A DNA stretch of 64,000 nt from Thermoanaerobaculia bacterium (GTDB lineage: Bacteria > Acidobacteriota > Thermoanaerobaculia > Multivoradales > UBA5704), in the NCBI GenBank assembly GCA_035536935.1, contig DATLNC010000183.1, forward strand, positions 188-64,187. Reading direction: 5' to 3'. Positions 51,373 through 60,562 of the stretch are shown here, piece after piece (within the stretch, counting starts at the first letter, position 1; each line of letters begins with the position of its first letter). Made by a program: the position numbers and the translations under genes. The notes beneath the pieces were generated by a model. That model searched no databases, had not been told where the DNA came from, and was given only the letters and a program-made list of their open reading frames with translations.

Positions 51373-52464
51373 ATGAAGCCGGTCGAGATCAACGATTTCC
51401 TTGCGCAGCAGGTCATCGGACAGGAGGAGGCCCTCCGCTATGTGTCCGTGGCCATCTTCAAGCACCTCCAGGGAGAGAAGTACGGCAACCTCCTCCTGAT
51501 CGGGAACTCCGGCACCGGCAAGACCACCATCATGCGGGCCATCGAGAACCTCTACGCTTCGCGGGAGGACTTCCGCGAGCACCGGGTGGTGCTCATCATG
51601 AACGCCAACACCCTGGCGACCGAGGAGGGAGCCGTCGACACCGGCCGGCTCTTCACCCGCCTCGAGGAGCGCGCCCGCCAGCTCCTCGGCCCCGGCGCCA
51701 CGGCCGAGGAGATCGGCCGCACCATGGAGCGCGCCACCGTCTGCCTCGACGAGATCGACAAGATCTCCGGCCTCCTCGGCGGCAAACCGTACGTCACCGG
51801 CATCAACATCCAGCAGGCCGTGCTCACCCTGATCGAGGGCGAGCGCCACTTCCATCCCATGACCGTGCTCAAGGACGGAGCGGCCGACACCAACGGCGTC
51901 TGGGTGGACACCGGCAAGATGCTCTTCCTCTGCGCCGGCGCTTTCGAGACCCTCTACGACCAGGTGTTCCAGCGCGTCATCTCGCCCAAGAGCGGCATCA
52001 AGCTGCCGACCACGACGACCTACGTCAACGGCAAGATCCAGATCCGCGAGTACTTCACCCTCCGCCACCACTTCCGGCAGGAGGACCTCTTCGAGTACGG
52101 CATGCAGCCGCAGTTCCTCTCGCGCTTCGACAACGCCGTCATCCTGGAGGATCTCACCTCCGAGACCCTGGCGCGGATCTTCGCCGAGCCGCGGGACAGC
52201 GTGTTCAAGTCCTCCCAGGGTTTCTTCCAGAAGTACGGGATCGAGCTGGAGATCACCCCCGGGGCGATCAAGGTCATCGCCGAGGAGGCGGCCAAGAGCA
52301 GCCGCATCGGCGCCCGCGCGCTCAAATCGATCTACGGCCGTATCATCAAGCCGTTCGAGTTCGACCCCTTCTCCCGCGAGGAGGTCCAGCAGAACGGCGG
52401 CGACATGCACAAGCTGCTCATCGACGAGCGCCTGGTAGGCGCCGCGCTCAAGCCGCCGATCTGA
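51373..52464 (+). CDS. ClpX-like AAA+ ATPase lacking the zinc-finger domain
   Basis: INDFLAQQVIGQEEA (compare ClpX LDDYVIGQ), Walker A GNSGTGKT, Walker B CLDEIDKI, INIQQAVLTLIEGE, sensor-2 RIGARALKSI. The GYVG position reads EEGAV. Confidence 0.8.
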   Translation: MKPVEINDFLAQQVIGQEEALRYVSVAIFKHLQGEKYGNLLLIGNSGTGKTTIMRAIENLYASREDFREHRVVLIMNANTLATEEGAVDTGRLFTRLEERARQLLGPGATAEEIGRTMERATVCLDEIDKISGLLGGKPYVTGINIQQAVLTLIEGERHFHPMTVLKDGAADTNGVWVDTGKMLFLCAGAFETLYDQVFQRVISPKSGIKLPTTTTYVNGKIQIREYFTLRHHFRQEDLFEYGMQPQFLSRFDNAVILEDLTSETLARIFAEPRDSVFKSSQGFFQKYGIELEITPGAIKVIAEEAAKSSRIGARALKSIYGRIIKPFEFDPFSREEVQQNGGDMHKLLIDERLVGAALKPPI

Positions 52465-52483
52465 GCCCGACGAAAGGAAAACG

Positions 52484-54502
52484 ATGTCCCTGCGCATCTC
52501 CCTGTTGATGCTCGCCTTGAGCCTCGCTCCCCTGGTCGCGGCCCGCGTGTCGGCCCAGCCTTCCATGACTCCGGACACCGTCCGCCAGACGATCGACAAG
52601 CTGATCGCGAAGCACGGCCAGCAGCATGCCGAGCGCATCCGCCGCGGTGTCGAGCAGGTCGCCCAGCGCTGGTGGGCCGAGGATGGCGACGCCGCGGCCT
52701 TCACCGCTTTCTGCGAGGCAAGCTTCATTGCCGCCGCGGCCGCCCTCGATACCGCCTTCGAGCGCATGGAGCGCGTCTTCGAGCAGGTGGACGGCCATCT
52801 CCACGAGGTGCGCCGCGAGCTGACGACCCCGCTCGACCTGGACACCGGCGACATCTCCTCCGTGGATCAGCTCCTGGCCACGATCGACCTCTCGGCCCAC
52901 GTCAACGACGACCTGTTCCGGACGAAGGTGGCCTTTCTCGCCCTGCTCAACTTCCCGGTGCACACGCTGCAGGAGCGGCTCGAGAAGGGGGCGGGCTGGG
53001 ACCGCGAGGCCTGGGCGCGCTCCCGGATGATGGACCGCTTCGTCCTGCGCGTGCCCGCGTCGGTGCAGCAGCCGGCCACCGAGGCCTTCACCGCCGCGGA
53101 CCAGTACATCGCGAACTACAACATCCGCATGGACCGCCTGGTCACCCCGGACGGAAAGCGCCTGTTCCCCGAGAACCTGCGGCTCATCACCCACTGGGGG
53201 CTGCGCGACGAGCTCGGCTCGCACTACGCCGACACGACCCCGGCCGGGTTGGCGAAGCAGCGGATGATCCTCAAGGTCATGGAGCGGATCGTCCGTCAGG
53301 AGATCCCGGCGGCGGTGATCGACAACGCCGATGTGCTCTGGGATCCTGTCAACAACAAAGTCCAGGGAGGACCAGCTGAGCGCGAGCCGGACACCCGCTA
53401 TGCCAAGCTGCTCGACGTCTTCCACGCGGTGCGCAAGGTCGATCCGTTCAGTCCGACCGATCCGACGTACATTGACCGCAAGTTCAACCTGGAGCGCCAG
53501 ATCCCGGAGAACGAGGTTGAGGCGCTGCTCGTCTCCGCGCTGGAATCGCAGGAGGTCAAGGACCTTGCCCGCCTGATCGAGAAGCGTCTGGGCCGCAAGC
53601 TGGAGCCGTTCGACATCTGGTACGCCGGCTTCAAGTCGCGGGGCAGCTATAGCGAAACGGAGCTCGACCGCATCGTCCAGGAGAGGTATCCGACTGTCGA
53701 GGCGTTCCAGGCGAAGCTGCCGCAGGTGCTCCAGGGGCTCGGGTTCACCCCGGAAAAGTCGCGCTGGCTCTCCGAGCGGATCGTGATCGATCCGGCCCGC
53801 GGGGCTGGCCACGCGCTCGGCGCGGTGCGGCGCGAGGACAAGGCCCACCTGCGCACCCGCGTCCCGCGCGGCGGCATGGACTACAAGGGCTACAACATCG
53901 CCATCCACGAGCTGGGACACAACGTGGAGCAGGTCTTCTCGCTGAACGGGATCGACCGCTGGTCCCTCTCCAGCGTGCCGAACAACGCGTTCACCGAGGC
54001 GATGGCCTTCGTCTTCCAGAACCGGGATTTGGAGCTGTTGGGTCTGCAGAAGCCGAGCGCCGAGACGCGCCAGACGCAGGCGCTCTCCACCCTCTGGAAC
54101 ACCTACGAGATCGGCGGGGTCGCGCTGGTCGACATGCGGGTCTGGCGGTGGATGTACGAGCACCCCGAGGCCACGCCCGCCGAGCTGCGGGAGGCGACGC
54201 TGTCGATCGCCCGCGACGTCTGGAACCGCTGGTATGCCCCGGTCTTCGGGGTGAAGGACTCGGACATCCTGGCCATCTACTCCCACATGATCGTCTACGG
54301 CCTCTACCTGCCGGACTACCCGATCGGGCACATCATCGCCTTCCAGATCGCGGACAAGCTGGAGGATGGGGACTTCGGCGCCGAGTTCGAAAGGGTAACC
54401 CGCCAAGGCCGGCTCACCCCCGACGCCTGGATGCGTGGCGCCGTGGGTGGGCCGATCTCGACGAAGGCGCTGCTCAAAGCGGCGCGCGAAGCCCTCAAGT
54501 AA
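52484..54502 (+). CDS. Secreted gluzincin metallopeptidase (M2/M3-like)
   Basis: AAGGAA RBS. Signal peptide MSLRISLLMLALSLAPLVAARVSAQP. IAIHELGHNVEQ ... NNAFTEAMAF gives HExxH plus a downstream Glu. Confidence 0.75.
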   Translation: MSLRISLLMLALSLAPLVAARVSAQPSMTPDTVRQTIDKLIAKHGQQHAERIRRGVEQVAQRWWAEDGDAAAFTAFCEASFIAAAAALDTAFERMERVFEQVDGHLHEVRRELTTPLDLDTGDISSVDQLLATIDLSAHVNDDLFRTKVAFLALLNFPVHTLQERLEKGAGWDREAWARSRMMDRFVLRVPASVQQPATEAFTAADQYIANYNIRMDRLVTPDGKRLFPENLRLITHWGLRDELGSHYADTTPAGLAKQRMILKVMERIVRQEIPAAVIDNADVLWDPVNNKVQGGPAEREPDTRYAKLLDVFHAVRKVDPFSPTDPTYIDRKFNLERQIPENEVEALLVSALESQEVKDLARLIEKRLGRKLEPFDIWYAGFKSRGSYSETELDRIVQERYPTVEAFQAKLPQVLQGLGFTPEKSRWLSERIVIDPARGAGHALGAVRREDKAHLRTRVPRGGMDYKGYNIAIHELGHNVEQVFSLNGIDRWSLSSVPNNAFTEAMAFVFQNRDLELLGLQKPSAETRQTQALSTLWNTYEIGGVALVDMRVWRWMYEHPEATPAELREATLSIARDVWNRWYAPVFGVKDSDILAIYSHMIVYGLYLPDYPIGHIIAFQIADKLEDGDFGAEFERVTRQGRLTPDAWMRGAVGGPISTKALLKAAREALK

Positions 54503-54504
54503 GG

Positions 54505-55122
54505 CTAGCGGGTAACGCCGCCGTACCCGCCGGCTCCCACCGACGCGTTGGCCGTGGTGCTCTCCCGGCTCCAGGCCTCCTGCGTGTCGCGCACGGCCTG
54601 GTTGCTCAGGCTGAAGTCGATGTCATAACCCTCGAGCGACAGCTCCTTGAGTACCACCGCCGGGATGATCTGCGACAGCTCGATCAGGAAGGGCGTCAGC
54701 TCCTTGAGGTTGCGCAGGGAAATCTCCGCCGTGGTGCCCTGGTGCAGGCCCAGGGCGGTGGCGTGCAGCATGGTGTAACTGATGGTCGCCAGGGACAGGG
54801 CGGTGTAGTCGTCGCGCAGGGCGCGGCTGACCTCTTCCTTGCGCACCTTGTCATAGACGCCGGCCAGGCCGCCGAGCACGCCGGTCACGGTCTCCTTGAC
54901 CGCGGCCGCCACTCCTCCGCCCGGCATGCTGCCGAGGTGGGTCTCCAGGTTCTCGACATGGGTCTTGAGCAGGCCCGCGAGCTTGTTGATCAGGCCCAGG
55001 GCCTGGGGGTAATCCTTGAATGTATCGTCCTTGCGCTGGCGCTCCAGCGCCTCGAGGATGTGCTTCTCGACCGCTGCCATGTCGGCAACGTAGGGTCGGA
55101 TCTCTTCACGGTTGTCTTTCAT
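54505..55122 (-). CDS. Ferritin-like four-helix protein (DUF892/YciE-like suspected)
   Basis: GGAGG RBS before ATG 55120-55122. AAVEKHILEALERQ ... HVENLETHL pattern. Confidence 0.55.
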   Translation of the reverse strand: MKDNREEIRPYVADMAAVEKHILEALERQRKDDTFKDYPQALGLINKLAGLLKTHVENLETHLGSMPGGGVAAAVKETVTGVLGGLAGVYDKVRKEEVSRALRDDYTALSLATISYTMLHATALGLHQGTTAEISLRNLKELTPFLIELSQIIPAVVLKELSLEGYDIDFSLSNQAVRDTQEAWSRESTTANASVGAGGYGGVTR

Positions 55123-55195
55123 TGCTGTACCTCCTGCTGGAGACGTAGCAAGACGCTTGCCCAACGTTTTTCCACGCTGGCACGTCTACAGGGTT

Positions 55196-55741
55196 GTGAA
55201 CTTGCCCTTGACCACGAACGCCATCCTGGACAGGACCGACAGCGTGACAGGCACCGATCGGCTCGCGGAGCTTTTCGATTCGCACCAGAACCGGCTGTTC
55301 CACCTGGCCCTGCGGCTCTGCTCCGACCGCGAGGAGGCCCGGGATCTCGTTCAGGAGGCGTTCCTGCGGGCGGCGCGCCAGCCCCGCTCGGTTCCCGAGG
55401 GCGAGCCCGGCGGGGAGGCGTGGCTGGTCCGCACCCTGGTCAACCTCTGCCGTGACCGTTACCGCCGCCTCGCCGTGCGATCCAAGGCTCGGGGGGAATT
55501 GAGCCGGGAGGGGAGGGGGGAGCGCGCCCATCCCGAGGAGGCCCATGTGGCCAAGGCGACCGTGCAGGCCGCCCTCGCCCATCTCGCCCCCCGGCGCAGG
55601 GCTGCGATCGTCCTCCACGAGTTGGAAGGCCGGCCGGTGCGCGACGTGGCCCGGCTGCTGGGCGTGACCGAAGTGACTGTCCGCTGGCATCTGCTTGCCG
55701 CCCGCCGGGAGCTGGCCAAGGTTCTGGGAGAAAAGCCATGA
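55196..55741 (+). CDS. ECF-type sigma-70 family sigma factor
   Basis: Region 2 FDSHQNRLFHLALRLCSDREEARDLVQEAFLRA. Region 4 RRAAIVLHELEGRPVRDVARLLGVTEVTVRWHLLAARRELA. Start is GTG 55196 or 55244. Confidence 0.85.
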   Translation: MNLPLTTNAILDRTDSVTGTDRLAELFDSHQNRLFHLALRLCSDREEARDLVQEAFLRAARQPRSVPEGEPGGEAWLVRTLVNLCRDRYRRLAVRSKARGELSREGRGERAHPEEAHVAKATVQAALAHLAPRRRAAIVLHELEGRPVRDVARLLGVTEVTVRWHLLAARRELAKVLGEKP

Positions 55742-56232
55742 GTGATGAGCTGCGCTCGATCCTGAGTAAGGGAGACCCCGCGGCCGGAGATCCCGGGCTG
55801 ACTCCGGACGAGGTCCAAGGGATGAGGCGGACCGTGCTGTCCGCGGTACCCGAGCCTCGCCGGCGGGGGTGGCTGGTGCCGGCGATGGTCACGGCAGCGG
55901 CCCTGATCCTGGCCGCGGTGATCGCGCTCAGCCTCTGGCAACCGGAGCCGGTGCAGGAAGCCGTCCGACCCCCTCTCCCGCTTGCGGGAGAGGGTAGGGG
56001 AGAGGGTCCGGTGATGGAGGCGGAGAAACCCCCTCCCCAACCCTCCCCCGCTGCGCGGGAGAGGGGGCCGGAGCCCGTACCGCGGAAGAAGAAGGTTGTT
56101 CATCCCGAGCCGGAGCCGGTGGTTCTTGCCCAGGCAGAGATCCCGCCGGCCGACCACGGCCCGACACAGATCCAGTTTTCCACGCCGGGCGGTACCCGAA
56201 TCATCTGGGTGCTCCAGCCGGCCACCGAATGA
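55738..56232 (+). CDS. Putative anti-sigma factor (single-pass membrane protein)
   Basis: ATGA overlap with the sigma gene. One TM helix WLVPAMVTAAALILAAVIALSLW. The extracytoplasmic part contains two REP elements in frame. Confidence 0.65.
   Translation: MSDELRSILSKGDPAAGDPGLTPDEVQGMRRTVLSAVPEPRRRGWLVPAMVTAAALILAAVIALSLWQPEPVQEAVRPPLPLAGEGRGEGPVMEAEKPPPQPSPAARERGPEPVPRKKKVVHPEPEPVVLAQAEIPPADHGPTQIQFSTPGGTRIIWVLQPATE
55968..56072. repeat. Inverted pair of REP-like hairpin/G4 elements (R6a, R6b) inside a CDS
   Basis: 55968-56010 and 56028-56072. G4 motif GGGAGAGGGTAGGGGAGAGGG at 55986-56006. Confidence 0.85.
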
Positions 56233-56957
56233 GACCCAGGAGGAAAGAGACCATGAGATCCCTTCGACCCATCGCCGCCCTGCTGCTGCTCCTGGCCTGC
56301 CCCCTCATGGCCTCCGCGGCACAGGACAGGCCAGAACCGTCCTATGGCTCCCGCTACGACATCCGCTACCTGTCGGTGCATGCAGCCGAGTCCCTGGTCT
56401 GGGACCTGTGCCCGCAGAAGAACGCCTGCGTGGTCCGGGGTCTGGCCAACGCCAACGGCCGGGGAGCCGTCCTGGAGGTGAACGCCGACCACGAGACCCA
56501 CGCGCGCATCGCCAAGGCCCTGGCCGAGCGCGACTCCGCCCCCCCGACCCAGGTCTTCCAACTCGTCCTCCTCGCCGCGGGCAACAAGTCCAACGGACCG
56601 GCCCCGACTCTCTCCGAAGGCGCCCAGAAGGCGCTCGACGACATGAAGAAGTTCCTGCCGTTCACCCACTACCGCATGCTCGACACGGCCCTGCTCCGCG
56701 TCACCCAGGACGACGTGGCCCAGGCGCAGATCGCCGGCCTCCTGGGGACCCGGTACAAGGTGGCGATGCGGTTCCGTGCGGGAGGGACTGACGGCAAGTC
56801 GCTGTTCATCGACGGCTTCGGGCTCGACGAGATGAATGACCGCGACCTCATCCAGACCTCCTTCTCCATGGATGTGGGGGAGACGGTCGTCGTCGGCACC
56901 TCCTCGGTCGGAGCCGAGCAGGACTCCCTGGTAGCCATCCTCACCGCCCTGCCTTGA
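56229..56957 (+). CDS. Secreted protein with secretin-N (NolW-like) type repeats suspected
   Basis: Signal peptide MRSLRPIAALLLLLACPLMASA. GAVLEVNADHETHARIAKALAERD pattern. Start is 56229 (ATGA coupled) or 56253 (GGAGGA RBS). Confidence 0.6.
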   Translation: MRPRRKETMRSLRPIAALLLLLACPLMASAAQDRPEPSYGSRYDIRYLSVHAAESLVWDLCPQKNACVVRGLANANGRGAVLEVNADHETHARIAKALAERDSAPPTQVFQLVLLAAGNKSNGPAPTLSEGAQKALDDMKKFLPFTHYRMLDTALLRVTQDDVAQAQIAGLLGTRYKVAMRFRAGGTDGKSLFIDGFGLDEMNDRDLIQTSFSMDVGETVVVGTSSVGAEQDSLVAILTALP

Positions 56958-57066
56958 CGCCCGGCTGACTCCCGCCTTAGTGTCCGAGCGCCCGCACCGG
57001 GTCCAGAACCCGGCGGGCGCTCGTCCGTACATAGAAGTCGCCGTAATCCTTCGAGAGGGAAATGTC

Positions 57067-60000
57067 ATGAAGAGATCGCTTCTCTGCCTCCTCGCGCTCG
57101 GTATCGCCCTGGTCTCGGCCCTGCCGATCGCCTCGGCCCATGAAGGTCCCCACGGCCCTCGCGCCCGTGCGCAGGACCAGCAGAAACCTCCCGAGGCCAA
57201 GCCGCCCGAGGAGCGCCAGAAGGACGAGCAGAAAGAGGAAGAGGAGCTGCAGGAGAAGCAGAAGCGCGAGCAGGAGCCCGAGGAGAACGCCTCCGAGCTT
57301 CAGAAGGAGCAGAAGGAGGGCGGCGCGCCTCCTCCGGGCGAGATCGCCACCAAAGAGGGCGAAGGGGAGGAGAAGGAGAAGAAGGAAGAGAAGTGGGACG
57401 TCAACAACCCCGCCATGGGGCCCTCCAAGGACGTCCAGATCGACGTCGCCGAGGGCACCTGGATGAGCCTCGACGTCAGCCCCGACGGCAAGGAGATCGC
57501 CTTCGACCTCCTGGGCGACCTCTACACCATCCCGATCGGCGGCGGCGAGGCCCGCGCCCTGACCAGCGACGTGGCCTGGCAGATGCAGCCCCGCTACAGC
57601 CCGAACGGCAAACAGATCGCCTTTACCAGCGACCAGGGCGGCGGCGACAACGTCTGGGTCATGGACCGCGACGGCAAGAACGCGAAGCAGGTCACCAAGG
57701 AGAGCTTCCGCCTGCTCAACAGCCCATCGTGGGAGCCCGGCGGGGAGTACATCGTGGCGCGCAAGCACTTCACCGCCCAGCGCTCCCTCGGCGCCGGCGA
57801 GATGTGGCTCTACCACCGCAGCGGCGGCGGCGGCCTCCAGATGACCAAGAAGCCGAACGACCAGAAGGACGCGGGCGAGCCCGTGTTCTCCCCCGACGGC
57901 CGCTACCTCTACTACAGCCAGGACGTCACCCCCGGCCCGATCTTCGAGTACAACAAGGACCCCACCACCGAGATCTTCGTCATCCAGCGCCTCGACCGCC
58001 AGAGCGGCGAGACCGAGCGCTTCGTGGTCGGAGCCGGCGGCTCCATCCGCCCGACCCCGTCGCCGGACGGCAAGCTCCTGGCCTTCATCCGCCGGGTCCG
58101 CGGCAAGAGCGTCATCCACCTGCAGGACCTGCGCTCGGGCGAAGAGTGGCCGATCTACGACGGGCTCGACCGCGACATGCAGGAGACCTGGTCGATCCAC
58201 GGCGTCTACCCCTCCATGGCCTGGCTCCCCGACTCCAAATCGCTGGTCTTCTGGGCCGGCGGCAAGATCCACCGCATCGAAACGGCCAGCCGCAAGGTGA
58301 GCGACATCCCTTTCCATGTGAAAGCCACGAAGAAGGTCTATGAGGCCGTGCGCTTTCCGGTCGAGGTGGCGCCGGACGAGTTCCCCACCCGCATGTTGCG
58401 CTGGACCCAGGTCTCGCCCAAGGGGGACCGCGCCGTCTACCAGGCCCTCGGGCACCTCTACGTGCGCAACCTGCCGAACGGCACGCCCAAGCGCCTGACC
58501 CGGCAGGACGACCACTTCGAGAACTTCCCCTCCTTCTCCCGCGACGGCAAGTGGATCGCCTATACGACCTGGAACGACAAGGAGCTGAGCACCGTCCGCG
58601 TCGTCTCGGCCGACGGCGGCCAGGGCCGGGTGGTGGTGGACGCTCCCGGACACTACGTGGAGCCGGTCTTCTCGCCGGACGGCAAGACCATCGTCTTCCG
58701 CCGGGCGGAGGGCGGCTTCCTCCGCTCGCCGGCATGGTCGCGGGAGGTGGGCATCTACAAGGTCGCCGGCTCGGGTGGAAAGCCCGAGCTCATAACCGAA
58801 GAGGGCTTCACCGCCCACTTCGGCGCCAGCAACGACCGCCTCTTCGTGGTGCGGCCGGGCGAGAAAACCGAGCTCGTCTCGCTCGGGCTCGATGGGAAGG
58901 ACGAGCGCGTCCACTTGAGCAGTGAGAACGCCCTGGAAATGCGGGTTTCCAACGACGAGCGCTGGGTCGCCTTCGTGGACCACTTCAACGCCTACGTGGC
59001 CCCGTTCGTGGTCACGGGGCAGCCGATCGAGATCGGTCCGGAGACCTCCGCGATCCCGGTGACCAAGGTCACCCGCGAGGCGGGGCAGTACCTCCACTGG
59101 TCCGGCGACTCGAAGCAGCTCCACTGGACGCTCGGCCCCGAGCTGTTCAGCCTCGACCTCAAGAACGCCTTCACCTTCCTGGAAGGATCGCCCGAGAAGC
59201 TGCCCGATCCGCTGACGAGCGGGGTGGATATCGGACTCCGCGCCAAGGCCGACAAGCCCGCGGGGACGGTCGCGGTGGTCGGAGCCCGCATCGTCACCAT
59301 GAAGGGTGAGGAGGTGATCGAGGACGGCACGGTGGTGGTCGAGGGCAACCGCATCCGCGCGGTCGGACCCCGCGGCCAGGTCCCGGTGCCGAAAGACGCC
59401 CACGTGGTGGATGCCAAGGGCAAGACCGTCATCCCCGGCCTGGTGGACGTCCACTGGCATGGCGCCTTCGGGACGGACGACATCATTCCGCAGGAGAACT
59501 GGAACACCTACTCCACCCTGGCGTTCGGCGTGACCACGCTGCACGACCCCTCGAACGACACGGGCACGGTGTTCTCGGCGGCCGAAATGCAGCGCGCCGG
59601 GATGATCGTCTCGCCGCGCATCTTCTCGACCGGCACGATCCTCTACGGCGCCACGCTCCCGGTCACGGCCAAGGTGGAGAGCCTGGAAGACGCGCGCGGC
59701 CACATCCGGCGCATGAAGGCGGCCGGGGCGATCAGCGTCAAGAGCTACAACCAGCCGCGGCGCGAGCAGCGGCAGCAGATCCTGGCCGCGGCGCGCGAGA
59801 TGGGCATCATGGTGGTGCCGGAGGGCGGCTCGCTCTTCCAGCACAACATGTCCGAGGTCGTGGACGGCCACACCGGCATCGAGCACTCGATCCCTGTGGC
59901 AAAGATCTACAACGACGTCAAGCAGCTCTGGAGCGGGACGAAGGTCGGCTACACCCCGACCCTGATCGTGGGCTACGGCGGCATCTGGGGCGAGAACTGG

Positions 60001-60531
60001 TTCTACGCCCACGACAACGTCTGGGCCAACGAGCGCCTGCTGCGCTTCGTGCCGCGCGAGCAGCTCGACGAGCGCTCCCGCCGGCCGTTCATCGCTCCCG
60101 AGGAGGAGTGGAACCACTTCAACAACGCCAGGGTCGCGGCCGAGCTGCAGGACGCCGGGGTCGAGGTCCAGCTCGGCGCTCATGGCCAGCGCGAGGGGTT
60201 GGGCGCGCACTGGGAGCTGCGCATGTTCGTCCAGGGAGGCATGACCCCGCTGGAGGCGCTCCGGGCCGGCACGATCGACGGTGCCCGCTACCTCGGCTTG
60301 GACAAGGACATCGGCTCCCTCGAGCCGGGCAAGCTGGCCGACCTGGTCATCCTGGACGCGAACCCGCTGGAAAAGATCGAGAATGCCGAGCAGGTCGGGC
60401 TGGTGATGCTCAACGGCCGGCTTTACGAAGGCCAGAGGCTGGACGAGGTGGGCAATCATCCGCACAAGCGCGAGCCCTTCTTCTGGGAGCGCAAGGCGCC
60501 CGCGTTCGGGGAGGTCAAGGCGGTCCCGTGA
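57067..60531 (+). CDS. Secreted beta-propeller (TolB/PD40-like) plus amidohydrolase fusion protein
   Basis: Signal peptide, Lys/Glu-rich region, repeated PD40-like SPDGK motifs. C-terminal metal-hydrolase motifs PGLVDVHWH, EGGSLFQHN, ADLVILDANPL. Confidence 0.85.
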   Translation: MKRSLLCLLALGIALVSALPIASAHEGPHGPRARAQDQQKPPEAKPPEERQKDEQKEEEELQEKQKREQEPEENASELQKEQKEGGAPPPGEIATKEGEGEEKEKKEEKWDVNNPAMGPSKDVQIDVAEGTWMSLDVSPDGKEIAFDLLGDLYTIPIGGGEARALTSDVAWQMQPRYSPNGKQIAFTSDQGGGDNVWVMDRDGKNAKQVTKESFRLLNSPSWEPGGEYIVARKHFTAQRSLGAGEMWLYHRSGGGGLQMTKKPNDQKDAGEPVFSPDGRYLYYSQDVTPGPIFEYNKDPTTEIFVIQRLDRQSGETERFVVGAGGSIRPTPSPDGKLLAFIRRVRGKSVIHLQDLRSGEEWPIYDGLDRDMQETWSIHGVYPSMAWLPDSKSLVFWAGGKIHRIETASRKVSDIPFHVKATKKVYEAVRFPVEVAPDEFPTRMLRWTQVSPKGDRAVYQALGHLYVRNLPNGTPKRLTRQDDHFENFPSFSRDGKWIAYTTWNDKELSTVRVVSADGGQGRVVVDAPGHYVEPVFSPDGKTIVFRRAEGGFLRSPAWSREVGIYKVAGSGGKPELITEEGFTAHFGASNDRLFVVRPGEKTELVSLGLDGKDERVHLSSENALEMRVSNDERWVAFVDHFNAYVAPFVVTGQPIEIGPETSAIPVTKVTREAGQYLHWSGDSKQLHWTLGPELFSLDLKNAFTFLEGSPEKLPDPLTSGVDIGLRAKADKPAGTVAVVGARIVTMKGEEVIEDGTVVVEGNRIRAVGPRGQVPVPKDAHVVDAKGKTVIPGLVDVHWHGAFGTDDIIPQENWNTYSTLAFGVTTLHDPSNDTGTVFSAAEMQRAGMIVSPRIFSTGTILYGATLPVTAKVESLEDARGHIRRMKAAGAISVKSYNQPRREQRQQILAAAREMGIMVVPEGGSLFQHNMSEVVDGHTGIEHSIPVAKIYNDVKQLWSGTKVGYTPTLIVGYGGIWGENWFYAHDNVWANERLLRFVPREQLDERSRRPFIAPEEEWNHFNNARVAAELQDAGVEVQLGAHGQREGLGAHWELRMFVQGGMTPLEALRAGTIDGARYLGLDKDIGSLEPGKLADLVILDANPLEKIENAEQVGLVMLNGRLYEGQRLDEVGNHPHKREPFFWERKAPAFGEVKAVP

Positions 60532-60562
60532 TACCCTAGCGGGCACATTCCGCGGAGGCAGT

